From Macrostomum lignano (Eukaryota): a stretch of DNA of 64,000 bases. Positions 14,314-26,490 of the stretch are shown piece by piece (the first letter of the stretch is position 1; each line of letters opens with the position of its first letter). The stretch covers positions 463,929 to 527,928 of the forward strand of contig NIVC01000827.1 in assembly GCA_002269645.1 (NCBI GenBank), written 5' to 3'. The notes beneath the pieces are model-generated. The model did not search any database. It was given only the letters and a program-made list of their open reading frames with translations, and was not told where the DNA came from. Made by a program: the position numbers and the translations under genes.

Positions 14314-15744
14314 CAGCACGGTGAATTTGAAGAGGTACAAATAGACTTTTGAATCTTTGACGTCTCACAATTGAAGTTTGTGTCTTCAGTGGAATGTTAT
14401 TACGAACTAATTTTTGTCTGCAGATTTAAATCTTTGTGTCCGTCCAATAGAAGTACTGTGTCTCTGCAAATTGGGGTCGGAGACGTCGTTTTTTGAAGCT
14501 TCGCGCCTAAGACCTTTTGGTTCGATTTCGTGCTTGTTCGAAAATTGAGCTTGGGGGGGGGGGTTTCTGCAATTTACACCCATGACGGTCAGCACCCAAG
14601 CCACAGAGAGTAGGTACATGTCCGACGATTAGACAGTTAGGGTGTATGAGTGCCCTCCTGCGTATTTTTAATTTATTCTGTGTGCTGGTTTCTCGTCTTA
14701 AAATAAATCGATAGTTAAACAGTTCGATTTCTTTTCCAGGGTGAACTGGGCTGCTCACACCAAGAAGAAACAAACCAAGGATTCACAGCTAGTGAAACCA
14801 CTGCCTATACCGATCAGTCCCAGACAATACCTATTGTACGTACTTGAATAAACGTTAAATTATCGAAGAGAGCTTATGAATTACACAATACATTTTCCTA
14901 GATGTGTTAGTCATGCGAGTAACTGAAGTCATTCCATTTTCATAAATTTTTCAAGTAGTTAGTCGGATTTAGAAAATATCAAGTAAGCAAAATGTGCATC
15001 AGCTTTCTTACCGCGCACTTTTATCGAATAATAGTCTATGTTTCATGCTAGAATTTCTCTCACGGATGGGCCGCATAGTGCCATAGACTAAAAAAATACA
15101 CTTTAACAAACTTAGGTAAGGAACAGCTATAATAAGCTGTTTTTTAATTAGCGTTGACCCCTCCATGCATAAAGTTGACGATGACTTGTTTAATTTGGTT
15201 GGAGCGATTAAGGCGACGTGCATAAAATACATGTAATCGTGTTCCTTTGATGCCAACAAACCAGGATGTTAACACTATCAATAAAATATTGATTATACTT
15301 AACGTCGTTACGATTCTGTTTATAGTTTTTTTACGAACAGTAACTAAATTCCCTCATCAGATAGTTGCTGCATTATATCGTAACGTAAATAACACCAGAA
15401 AGGTTCTCTCACTCTCGTAGTGTAAACTCGGTCCAACTCGATAAAACCAATTGAGAATTCATATCCAGATAAAAAACAACTGATAAAAGCGATAAAAGTA
15501 CACAAGGTCAGACCAAAAGTGAGCATCAACTAATAAATTACTATAGTCTATGGCCGCAAGCATCGGACGCATTGAAACAGGGAAATTTACGCCATAGACT
15601 TGCGCATTTCACAGTCTATGGTCGCTAATGACGAACTGTTTTTCAGATCGAGAGGAGTGGGGGAGAGTGAGAGGCGCTTAGATTCGAGGGAGCGGACACA
15701 AGTAGTTTACAAAAAATCTGCTCTCAGTGAAAGCCAAAGTCAGC

Positions 15745-16740
15745 ATGGCCAAGATTCTAATTTGCGGCTTGTGCAACAAAGTGTTTATTGCCGAGGTAAA
15801 TCTGATCGAACATCTCAAAACTCATATACCATTAGCTATGCACGTGGCCTTAGCGGCCAAAAGTGGTAGCTCTTCGAGAAACAATGAAGGTCAACAAAAC
15901 TTCGTCAGTCCTAGCGTGGCTGTCTGCACCATAAAGGTAACTGCTTAATTTTTTAATCACTTACGAGAATTACGACAACCAATAGAATAGGAATCTGATT
16001 AAAGCTTCCGAATTATTTTCAAACACGACACCCAGGTGGAGATTTGCAACGCGTCTCTCTCAGACGGTTCGACGCCCATTAACCAGATCAGCCAGAGACA
16101 AGAACCAGCCGGCTCAGAAAGTCAACAGATGCTCGATCAGCAAACCATTCCGTCTTTACCGCGTCGAATACCAGAGGACGCCATCCAGAGTCGTGAGCCC
16201 TGCCCGACTAGCGACCAAGTGAACGTGCTCCGTCTCCGCCGCTTGGTCGCCGCCAATCGCTACCGACGCAAAGTGGCCTTCGAGTGTCGAGTTTGTCGCC
16301 GACAATTCAACTATCAGACTGCCGCAACGAAGCACGCCAACCACTATCACGCCGCCGCCGCGCATAACCGGCCCAAGCCGTACAACTTTCGCCAGAGCGC
16401 CAACGCTGGTCGCGTCTTGCCAGCAAGACGAATTCAAGAGAAACGCATTGCCGCTAGAAAGCAACCGAAGCAGAATAAAAAAACTTTGCCAAGTCGCGAT
16501 GCGGCCCGGCAGGCGGACTTGGTCGACATGGAGGCGGATGGCAACAACGAGGAGGCCGCATCTGACAACGAAGCCGACCGGTCGTCCAGCCGCGGAAACG
16601 AAATAGTCGCCGAAGAAGATGACGAAGTCGAGATGCAGCCAAGCTCCGCTAGTGCCGACAACCAGGCGACATCGCAGGCGCCTCCCCAATCCGTTGCGTC
16701 TATAATTGAAGCGGCAAGGACCCAGCAACAACAACAACAT

Positions 16741-16772
<32 letters not shown>

Positions 16773-17624
16773 GCAGCAGCAATTTCTGCATCAACAACTG
16801 TTGTTGTCGGCGGTACAAGCTGAACGACAACGACTTCAGATGGCAGTTGCAAGTAGGCAATTTTATTACTGGTACTTTACAGATTTATATATCCTTATTC
16901 AAGCCTTACTGTATCCCCACAAAAATCCCCCACAGCGACGTCCTCTACGGCGCAATTGGGTCAGCCATCGCGGATTCTGCCTTGCCCACACTGTCCGATG
17001 ACTTTCACGGACATTGGCTTCCTGGCCAGGCACGTCCAACTGCACAACGAACTGCAGAAACAGCAACCGCTCCTATTGCAACAGGCGTCGCAGAATTCCA
17101 CGCAGCCGTCGCAGTCAGCCTTCGGTTCAATTCCAATTCCGGGTGGTTCGATTCCTGTTTCTGTAGCGCCCTGGTTGACCCCAGCCAGACTGGCTCCAGC
17201 TTCCTCCTCTCAGCAGCAGCAGCCGCAGGCCAAAGGACCAGCACCTGCTGCACCAACAACCAAAACGCAGCTCGTTAGTCGGCCAACCCCACTTCTACCG
17301 CCAATGCCATCGCATTCGCAAGCTCTGCTAATGAGTCGGCCGGCAGGACCTGGACTTCTGCGGCCGAGGCAGCCGTTGCCGATACCATTCACAGCGCTGA
17401 CCGGTCTGCAGCAGCAGCAACAGCAACAGAAACTTCCAGCGGGATTCCTTCCTGCCAACTTCATCTATGGCGGCGTTCCCGCTAATAACCTGGCAGCTCA
17501 GCGTGCTCTGCAGCAGACGCAACTGACTCAGCAGTCGTTGCCAATGCGCCTCATGCCGAGTATTCGACCGCAGCCGATTCTGGCAGCTCGAGATCATACC
17601 GCCGCTCCATCTTCGTCCAAATGA
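15745..17624 (+). CDS. C2H2 zinc-finger protein with three dispersed fingers and polyQ tracts; join(15745..15936,16036..16852,16936..17624), 565 aa
   Basis: Fingers CGLCNKVFIAEVNLIEHLKTH, CRVCRRQFNYQTAATKHANHYH and CPHCPMTFTDIGFLARHVQLH. Two short GT-AG introns with matching phases 0 and 1; total 1698 nt. Confidence 0.85.
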
Positions 17625-20152
17625 TTCTTGACTCGCTAAACCCTCCCCGTATCTGACCATGCAGTTTACATTAGAACGAGTTTGGTTCTATTTGTTGATT
17701 GTTGATGAAAAACTCCTACTTGTGATGCTAAACCGACGCCCTCCTTATACTGTTCCCGTTATAGTTTTTTTTCATTTTCGTCTATTAATTAGTTCACACA
17801 TTAAACTACTTGATAACAATCAAACGTATACTTATTTGCCCGCTTTTTGCATTGATTGATTGATAATTCTATGGTTTGAATCCTAGCCAATTGTTTTGTT
17901 ATACTTATTTAACATGAACTGTCGTGATTCAAAATGGGTAGAGCGACTTGGAGCGGATCATGTGACCTACCGAAGCTTCTTATGCATAGTTTAACCGACA
18001 CATCCCATTGAAAGCAAGAAAAATAAGCATAATCTTTTAAACTCCGTTTTGAGAAAACACGACTGTACTCGTATGCTCGTCTATTTTCCTTCGAAAAAAC
18101 ATACATACCCTGGCCATAGACTATTAAAACGTGTTTATTTGGCCTGGACCAAATTTAGTCTATGGTAGAAAGCTCCACACACCCTGTAGTGACTGACGCG
18201 AAACCGAGATAATTTGCTGAGTAAGACTTCGGCCCCGACTTGGGCATTTATTGATACGGCTCGTATATATTTATTTAAGAACCAACCTAAGGGTTCGATA
18301 TTAGAGAAACGTACATCCGATTTCACGTACACCAACCTTGCACGTACAACAGCTCAATGTGCAATTGGACTAAAATAGCCCGCGCAGAGAATGAAGGTGA
18401 CCGTGTAGAACAACCCAAATCTATGCTTTTTTCGCTTTTTTCCGTCTAATGTCTGTCTATGGGCAAGACCAAAACTACTGTCGCAGATAAAATATAGTAT
18501 GCTTGGAAAAGAATCTTCTTTAGAAGTGATACCTTAAGCATAGCACAGAACAAAACAGGGAGCACGGGTGTCATTTAGACGATTTTTTTTATTATTGCAG
18601 TCATTGTGCCAAAAAATGAATCTGCAATCAAGGATATAAGGATGAATTTTTGACAGGGTAGCCAAGAGTCCAGGCGGAGACCGCTGTTCGCCTCCAGTCC
18701 CAGTGGAGTTTGTCTCCAGTCCAGATGCTAGTTAGAGCAGTCCATGGCATATGCCCTCTACATGTAGTTTTGTCTTGTATCTCAAGGCTGCTGATCGTGG
18801 GGAGTCAAGAGGTCAACAGCTTAACACGATTGTGAGGTCAGGAAGAGCGGAGAAGCCCAAGGGTTTTGTGGCTCAAGTTGACCAACTGACACTGACTTAC
18901 TCCTGCTTTATATATATTTCTTATGTTCATTGATATGCTGTGTTTTATATCTCTGTCGAAAGAGGAAGTTTCTTTTGAATTTCAAATCTGCGCGTGCGCG
19001 TCACTCGACAATTTTGGCCACAGACAGTCTGAATTGAATTTCATCTGTTTCAATAGAATCGGGACTTCGTTTAAATCCTCACTGAGAATTCATCTCACTC
19101 CAAAGCAAAGTAAAAAATTGAGTAGCTCGTGTGGATTTGTTAATCTTATTGCCGTCACATAACTAGAATTTATTCATTCCAGTGTAAAAGCTGTTTTGAA
19201 TTATTGCTTGGCTCTCTTGAGACGGATCGCAAAGACGTGGCTATTTGTATTTTTTTATTTTGTTTATAACTCAAATTAGAGCCTCCTAATTCTGGGAGCA
19301 TTTTTTCTTCGCATGCTACTTTTAACATTCAGTCAGTAGCCTCTTCGGGACGCAATGACTCTTTCAACACAGCTTTTCATAAAATCTCTTTCCCGTTTTA
19401 CAAACAATGCCATGACTATGCAAATGTACTTATGTTTTTTTACAATCTACAAGCGTATGCAGCTAAACGTACATTGAACGAACTAGAAAATTCCATGGAT
19501 AGCCCGCGGCCATTCTTTGGGTTTTACGTGGATTTACCGACGCGATTTTTATGTTTTGATACAAACGATTTCGGCAAAGATTCAATGTTTAATTCTTCCG
19601 ACAAAAATTCAAGAAACACACTCAGCAACATTAAAAACCGCCAACCCTAGAGCACTGGCAGAGCGACTGACTTCAGCTCACAAATAACAAATGACACAAA
19701 TAAGTATATCTTCATCGACTGAGATCGTAGCAAAGATGATTCAATGTATGGAAAGAGCAGAGAAAGGCGAGCCCGTGCATAGTGGTAAGTGACGGAATCC
19801 GCAAGCTATGTCTGCTAAAAGCTAAAGAATTTCTGCTAGCTAATACTGATTTCTGCAATTTCTGCTTTTGGAAGTCTAGAGCTTCTATTTCGTACTTATC
19901 TAAGAGCTTCTGTTTCTCTATGAACTCACTCATATCTAACAAGATGAACCCTTGTTTCTCAGAGAAAAGACAATCCTTGGTGGAAGACTCTGTTCTTGAG
20001 CCCTTGGGGTGGCAGCGCTGTGCTTGGAGAAAGGTGTTGTGCTTGGAGAAAGGATAAAATTAGCAACAAATCAGAAATTCGCCTTAGCCTAAAATTCTAA
20101 ATAAGCGATTTGCAAAAAAACTCGAGCTGTTTTCAAGTTAGAAATGTTAGAG

Positions 20153-20396
20153 CAGGGGTAGGCAAACTCAGACCCGCTGCCACATGCGGCCCGCGGAAGG
20201 CCCCTCTATCCGGCACTCGGGTCTTTCGAAACTTCACAATAGCAATCTGGCCCGCTCAATGTTTGTGTCTCTTCTCAGCTCTCTTCTCTCCCTTCCCTCG
20301 TAAATATTTTCTCTGACCCTCTCCTCTCTATCTTCTTGCCTTCAGTCATGCACTGGATTCTCTATCTGGCTTTGTGTTAGAGTTTGCCGACCTCTG
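20153..20396. mobile_element. hAT (Charlie-like) MITE, 244 bp
   Basis: 16-bp TIRs caggggtaggcaaact / agtttgccgacctctg (2 mismatches) and a subterminal GGCCCGC motif typical of hAT-Charlie ends. The 8-bp TSD is only partly conserved. Confidence 0.6.
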
Positions 20397-21389
20397 TGCT
20401 AACTAAATAAAGAAGACTATAGCTAGGGTTAGGGCTGGTAGCTGGAGTGGGGTTAGGGCTCTTTGTCGAACAATTTCTCTCTAATCTGTCTGTCCGTCTG
20501 TCTCTCTGCCTGCACTGGTGACGTGGGTGAAATGAAATAGAATAGAATAAACTCGTAGCGTTTCTCGTTTCTAAGAAAATAAAAGAAGGTGTATCGACTC
20601 TACTATTTTTAGTACGTCTCAAAACCATCAGATTTTCTCATTCCACTACTGTATGAAAACAACAGCCAACTTCACAATCCCAAAGCTTCATATACCTAAA
20701 ACTTTTTGGCCAAGGGGTGCCAGCTGACGTCCTCTTTACTGGCAATTGTGAAAGTGTTGCACTTTCAATTGAGTCAACGTCATAGTATGATGTCCCACAA
20801 TGATTTTTCGTGTCACACTGGTCCTGTACTAACTTTGTCGGTGTATCCTTCATCCAGAAAAAAGTTTGAAACGAAACCATTGAAAGCAAGAGTAAGGGAG
20901 GGAGTTGATGGGAATGTCTCTCTCAATGGAGTCATTGTCACATAGTCATATAAAGCTTCTAAAGGTATATAGGCACCCTCAATCTTTCTACAGAACCGCC
21001 GAAGGCACTTTGTTTCGATGATGTGCTCGAGTAAAATGTGTCACTGCTCCCTGGTAGGTCCCTTATTTATTAGCGACAGTGCCGCCGATCCATTTCAAAC
21101 TGTCACTGAGAAAGGTCATTTTGATCCCCTGTGAATTGTCTGTTCGGATACTGCACATTAGTTTGCTGCAAAAGTGACATGTCACACATTTCTACAAGCG
21201 TATTTGCAGAATATGCGTCCACTCACCTGTCACTGCCTTGGTATCATGTGCCCCTTCTCGATCAAGCTCGTGACCATCCGTTGCACGGTTGCATGGTTGC
21301 ACGGTCATCACGGTTTAACTTTAAATTCGATAAAGACTCCAAATCAACAGGCAGACTTTATTTTACCCGATCCAGTTTGCGAGAGTAAT

Positions 21390-21832
21390 AGTGCTAATCA
21401 GGGGGGGGGTAGTGTTAATCTAGGGATCTGGGGAGTGGTGCTAACCTGAAGGGAGTGGTGCTAATCTGAAGGGAGTAGTGCTAATCTGAAGGGAGTAGTG
21501 CTAATCTGAAGGGAGTAGTGCTAATCTGGAGGGAGTAGTGCTAAGGAGGGAGTAGTGCTAATCTGGAGGGAGTAGTGCTAAGGAGGGAGTAGTGCTAATC
21601 TGGAGGGAGTAGTGCTAATCTGGAGGGAGTAGTGCTAAGGAGGGAGTAGTGCTAATCTGAAGGGAGTAGTGCTAATCTGGAGGGAGTAGTGCTAAGGAGG
21701 GAGTAGTGCTAATCTGGAGGGAGTAGTGCTAAGGAGGGAGTAGTGCTAATCTAGAGGGAGTAGTGCTAATCTAGAGGGAGTAGTGCTAATTTAGAGGGAG
21801 TAGTGCTAACCTGCGGGAGTGTTGCTAATCTG
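21390..21832. repeat. 20/16-bp minisatellite (gagggagtagtgctaatctg)
   Basis: Tandem units visible. Confidence 0.9.
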
Positions 21833-22174
21833 GGGAGGAATTGTTAGTTTGGAGCATTAGAGCATTTTTAGTCTCAAAAGGATAGGTGAAAAAACTGCTT
21901 AGAGATTACTGCAGAACTGTTTGGAGATCAGTGGCCATCTGCTCAGGGATTATACACTGCTACCCGGAGTGGCATTAGCCACCCGGAGTGGGCAAAATGG
22001 CTAGTCAAGATAAATAATTTATTTCTGGTTTTATTTAATTTTTTTTAAATATTATTTTATATTTTATTTTCTCTATGTTCTACGAGCTATTTTTTCAAAA
22101 CACATTAGAATTACCTTGCATTAATACATGAATGCTATGGTGGATACAAATACATGATTTTGTTAAGTCATAGG

Positions 22175-22555
22175 GGTCGGCAAAATACAGGTGTGCGGCC
22201 GCGTCTTGTCCATCTGCTACGGTACCTCGTCCAGATGAATTGGATTTGACCGGAGTGCGCCAGAGGTCCCCAATGTACTCTATCGACCATCGACCTTGGT
22301 GTTCGGTGGAGTTGTGCAGATGAAGTCTCGTTTGTTTGGCGTGAAGGCCACCAGCAGCATGGTATTCTCGTCAGAGATGGACCTACTGGTCACGGTTGCC
22401 CTGGAGTCCCCAGCTCCCAGCCAGCAGCGACTGTCTGCCTTGCTGCCCTTGCCACCCAGGTGGAGCCAGGTTTCATCCTCAACAACCAGACTGCAGTTTA
22501 GGATCCCTGAAGAGGCGGGGGATAGAAGCTCTCCGCTCGGATCACGTGCTCTACC
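22175..22555 (-). mobile_element. Degenerate Tc1/mariner transposase catalytic-domain fragment
   Basis: The minus frame reads VVEDETWLH...SKADSRCW...NTMLLVAF...QMDKTRPHT, matching mariner DETW and DNARPH motifs. The two Asp codons (22475-22477 and 22208-22210) are 89 codons apart; two in-frame stops. Confidence 0.65.
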
Positions 22556-23190
22556 AAGTCAATTACAAATTAATTTCGGGGTCACTCAAACATCAACATG
22601 CAAAATGCTGATTAAAATGGCCCTTTTAGTAATAACCTTACAGTTATACTTTACAATTGCTATATTTGAATATTAGAGTGAAATTCCATTCTCTATCTCA
22701 CTGCTGTTTTCTGATTACTAAAGCATAGCATAAATTGTATTTAGCATCATAATATCCGAGCATAGCCATCATGGTGCAAGATTTCATGGTTGTCACTAAA
22801 TGTGCCGTTTTAATCAGCCTTTTGCATTGATTTAAAACTTCTGTTGCATTGAGCGATCCCTTAGAAATCTCATAGAGGGCTAATTTTTTATGAGTCATTC
22901 TTTTATCAAAAGGAGCATCCTTCTTAGAGTTAACTTTTCAAAACAATTACATTATTCTATGGCACTACCGCGAACCTGTCGTCCATGCCCGTCTGTGGAC
23001 CGCAACGTCTGAGAGCGAGGTCTTTGGCGGTAGCCTGTTGCTCTAAGGAATCAACGAGGTTTCGAACAGGTCAGACAGGCCGTCCGCCTGTAGATTCTAC
23101 TCTTGCGAGGAGTTTCTCGCTACCATGCTTCGGTCATACTTCGGCAATTCTGATGTGTTTTTTTATGAATTTCTTTACTTTAAAAATGTA

Positions 23191-23406
23191 TTACAAATTG
23201 GCCGCTCCATAGTCAGCAACCTCAGTAGGACGCCGACTCATAATTTGCAGTAACTCAGCAAACAGGTTGGCAGAGCTGTCTCCGTCCTCCACCGGTTGCT
23301 GAGGTTGCTGTTGCTGCGGAAGCTGAAACAAAATTAGCAGAGGATCTGGATCGTCGTCCTCAACGACTTGCTGAGGCAGAGCCCCTTGAAAGAATGGCAA
23401 AGCCAT
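23191..23406 (-). CDS. Small acidic Gln-rich protein A, 71 aa (MALPFFQGALPQQVVEDDDPDP...)
   Basis: ATG lies 35 nt after a strong acceptor tttctttcttttag (exon starts 23441). Upstream candidate non-coding exon ends at a gtaagt donor (24787), with TATAAAA at 24864-24857. No recognised homolog. Confidence 0.45.
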   Translation of the reverse strand: MALPFFQGALPQQVVEDDDPDPLLILFQLPQQQQPQQPVEDGDSSANLFAELLQIMSRRPTEVADYGAANL

Positions 23407-23547
23407 GATGTGACTTTTAACTTCCACCAGCTGGCTAGGATCTAAAAGAAAGAAAGCAGAATTACTGCTTATTGTTTATTGAAATTGTCTTCCAGCCTCT
23501 CTACCAGGGATCTCTGGATCTACTATCTAGGTTCTAGATCTCTATGT

Positions 23548-24625
23548 CTCAAGTCACTAATCTCTCCATTCTGTACAAACTCTCAAGTCACTAATCTCTA
23601 CATTCTGTATAAACTCTCAAGTCACTAATCTCTCCATTCTGTACAAACTCTCAACTTACTAATCTCTACATTCTGTATAAACTCTCAAGTCACTAATCTC
23701 TACATTCTGTATAAACTCTCAACTTACTAATCTCTCCATTCTTTACAAACTCTCAACTCACTAATCTCTACATTCTGTATAAACTCTCAACTCACTAATC
23801 TCTACATTCTGTATAAACTCTCAAGTCACTAATCTCTCCATTCTGTATAAACTCTCAACTTACTAATCTCTACATTCTGTATAAACTCTCAAGTCACTAA
23901 TCTCTACATTCTGTATAAACTCTCAACTCACTAATCTCTACATTCTGTATAAACTCTCAAGTCACTAATCTCTACATTCTGTATAAACTCTCAAGTCACT
24001 AATCTCTCCATTCTGTATAAACTCTCAACTTACTAATCTCTACATTCTGTATAAACTCTCAAGTCACTAATCTCTACATTCTGTATAAACTCTCAAGTCA
24101 CTAATCTCTACATTCTGTATAAACTCTCAACTTACTAATCTCTACATTCTGTATAAACTCTCAAGTCACTAATCTCTACATTCTGTATAAACTCTCAAGT
24201 TACTAATCTCTACATTCTGTATAAACTCTCAAGTCACTAATCTCTACATTCTGTATAAACTCTCAAGTCACTAATCTCTACATTCTGTATAAACTCTCAA
24301 GTCACTAATCTCTCCATTCTGTATAAACTCTCAAGTTACTAATCTCTACATTCTGTATAAACTCTCAAGTCACTAATCTCTACATTCTGTATAAACTCTC
24401 AAGTCACTAATCTCTACATTCTGTATAAACTCTCAACTTACTAATCTCTACATTCTGTATAAACTCTCAACTTACTAATCTCTACATTCTGTATAAACTC
24501 TCAACTTACTAATCTCTACATTCTGTACAAACTCTCAACTCACTAATCTCTACATTCTGTATAAACTCTCAACTCACTAATCTCTACATTCTGTACAAAT
24601 TCTCAACTCACTAATCTCCTCAACT
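23548..24625. repeat. 34-bp minisatellite (tctcaagtcactaatctctacattctgtataaac)
   Basis: About 31 tandem units; a degenerate relative lies at 25530-25800. Confidence 0.95.
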
Positions 24626-25244
24626 CATTCCTTAAAGCTTGTCATTTTAAAGTAGATTTGGTTATGCAGTTCTACTTTCTATTTTACCTCGATATTGTAC
24701 TGCCATATTGGAGACAAAAGTCTCTTAAATCAGTCACATATCGTTGCTTAATAATGCATGGGCTATTCCACTTCCAAATTCACTTACGGGTGTCACAGCA
24801 CGCTTTGCTGTTGTTTGGTGATTGCAATAGTTTATTAAAAAAAAGACACTTAACAATTTTTATAGCAGCTAAAACAGTAGAGGAGCTCAAGTGATCCGTA
24901 TTTATGCTTTGTGAGCTTGCGTTCGCAGGTTGGTTTCGCTCTCGCTATAAGGTACTAGCGTTGCCGCAAGAAGAAGAATAGCTAGAAGAACTGAGGAACT
25001 TCCCTCTTTTTTGTTATTTTGCCTGTAGCTTGTCTCAGATAACTGTGCACTCAAAACTGATCCTTGGCATCTCAGCAACTCCTCCTATGATATGAGTCAC
25101 AGCATCTCAGCAATTTGCCTCATGAACCTTCATAACTCAAAGGCCCCCCCTATGAACCCTAACATGTCAGAAATTCTCCGAATGAATTCTGAAAGAGCGA
25201 TTGTTTTCTAGTTGACAACCTTTGATGGTTATTGATTATTTTGG

Positions 25245-25525
25245 GTAGTGATTATTTTATGGTTGTCAAGCTGATTTTTTATGGTTGTCAGAATAATCAT
25301 TTTATGGTTGTCAGGGTGATTATTTTATGGTTGTCAGGGTGATCATTTCATGGTTGTCAGGGTGATTATTTTATGGTTGTCAAGCTGATTATTTTATGGT
25401 TGTCAGGATGATAATTTTATGGTTGTCAGGGTGATTATTTTGTGGTTGTCAGAGTGATCATTTTATAGTTGACTGGGTGATCATTTTATGGTTGTCAGAG
25501 TGATAATTTTATAGTTGACTGGGTG
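25245..25525. repeat. ~24-bp minisatellite (ttttatggttgtcagggtgattat)
   Basis: Tandem degenerate units. Confidence 0.85.
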
Positions 25526-26490
25526 ATCTGATCTAATCTTCATTCTCTAACACCTCCTCTACTTACTAGTCTTCATTCTCCAACACCTCCTCTACTCACT
25601 AATCTTCATTCTCTACAACCTCTCCACTCACTAATCTCTATTCTCTACAAACTTATAACTTACTAATTTCGATTCTGTACACAACTCACTAATCTCATTC
25701 TGTACCAATACTTAGTTCCTCAATTTTCATCTTGCCACATTTAAACTTACTAATCTGCATTCTTCCACCTTCTCAACTCACTGATCTCATTTTACTAGTT
25801 CTCCATTCTCAGCTTGAAACTTGAAGCTTGTAATTCCAGTGTACTCGTAAGTTTGGCTATGCGGTTCATTTGCTATTTTACTTCGATTTAGTACTGCAAT
25901 ATTGGAGGCAGTTCTTAAAATCAGTCACCAGATCTGTTGCTTAGTAGTAAGCTATTCTACTTCCATATTTACTTACTGGTGTCAAAGTGCGCCTTGCTGT
26001 TGTTTGATATTTGTAATAATTAATTGACAATATATTTTATTCAAAGACCAAGGTTTAACAACAATTTTTATATATATTATATCTACGAGCTATAACAGTT
26101 AGACAGTAGACAACAGGGATTATACGTAGTCGTTTTTGAATGTGCGAAGTATCTATACCAGTATGTCGTGTGGTGTTCAGCTTTGCTATAAGGTATGCTA
26201 TAGCCAAGCCTTAGCTAGGAGTGAGATCGGTTTATGCATACAAGAAAGGGCTCAAGTCTTTTAAGAAGCTGAAAAAGAATCAGCGTAAGAATGGTCACTT
26301 TAAAGATATGCGGGCATTTCCTTCTCAGCCTGTCTTTCGCACTTGCCTACAAAACACCTGCCCTGTTGTCTGTCTCTAAACATATTCTCAGTCGACTGCA
26401 CACTTCGGTGAGATGCCCGTGCTATTTTGTGCTCTCCTATGCTCAAGTTAATGTTTTCAAGGGCCTGGCTGCATCTTTATCCAGTCAGTA

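Noticed and set aside
15008-15529. Two short minus-strand ORFs, one with a hydrophobic start and a nearby WFVGIK reminiscent of FGF
   Set aside because: No convincing splice sites join them, the similarity is too short, and they lie within a possible MITE.
22530-22570. tRNA A-box-like TTGGTAGAGCAC on the minus strand
   Set aside because: No B-box or cloverleaf.
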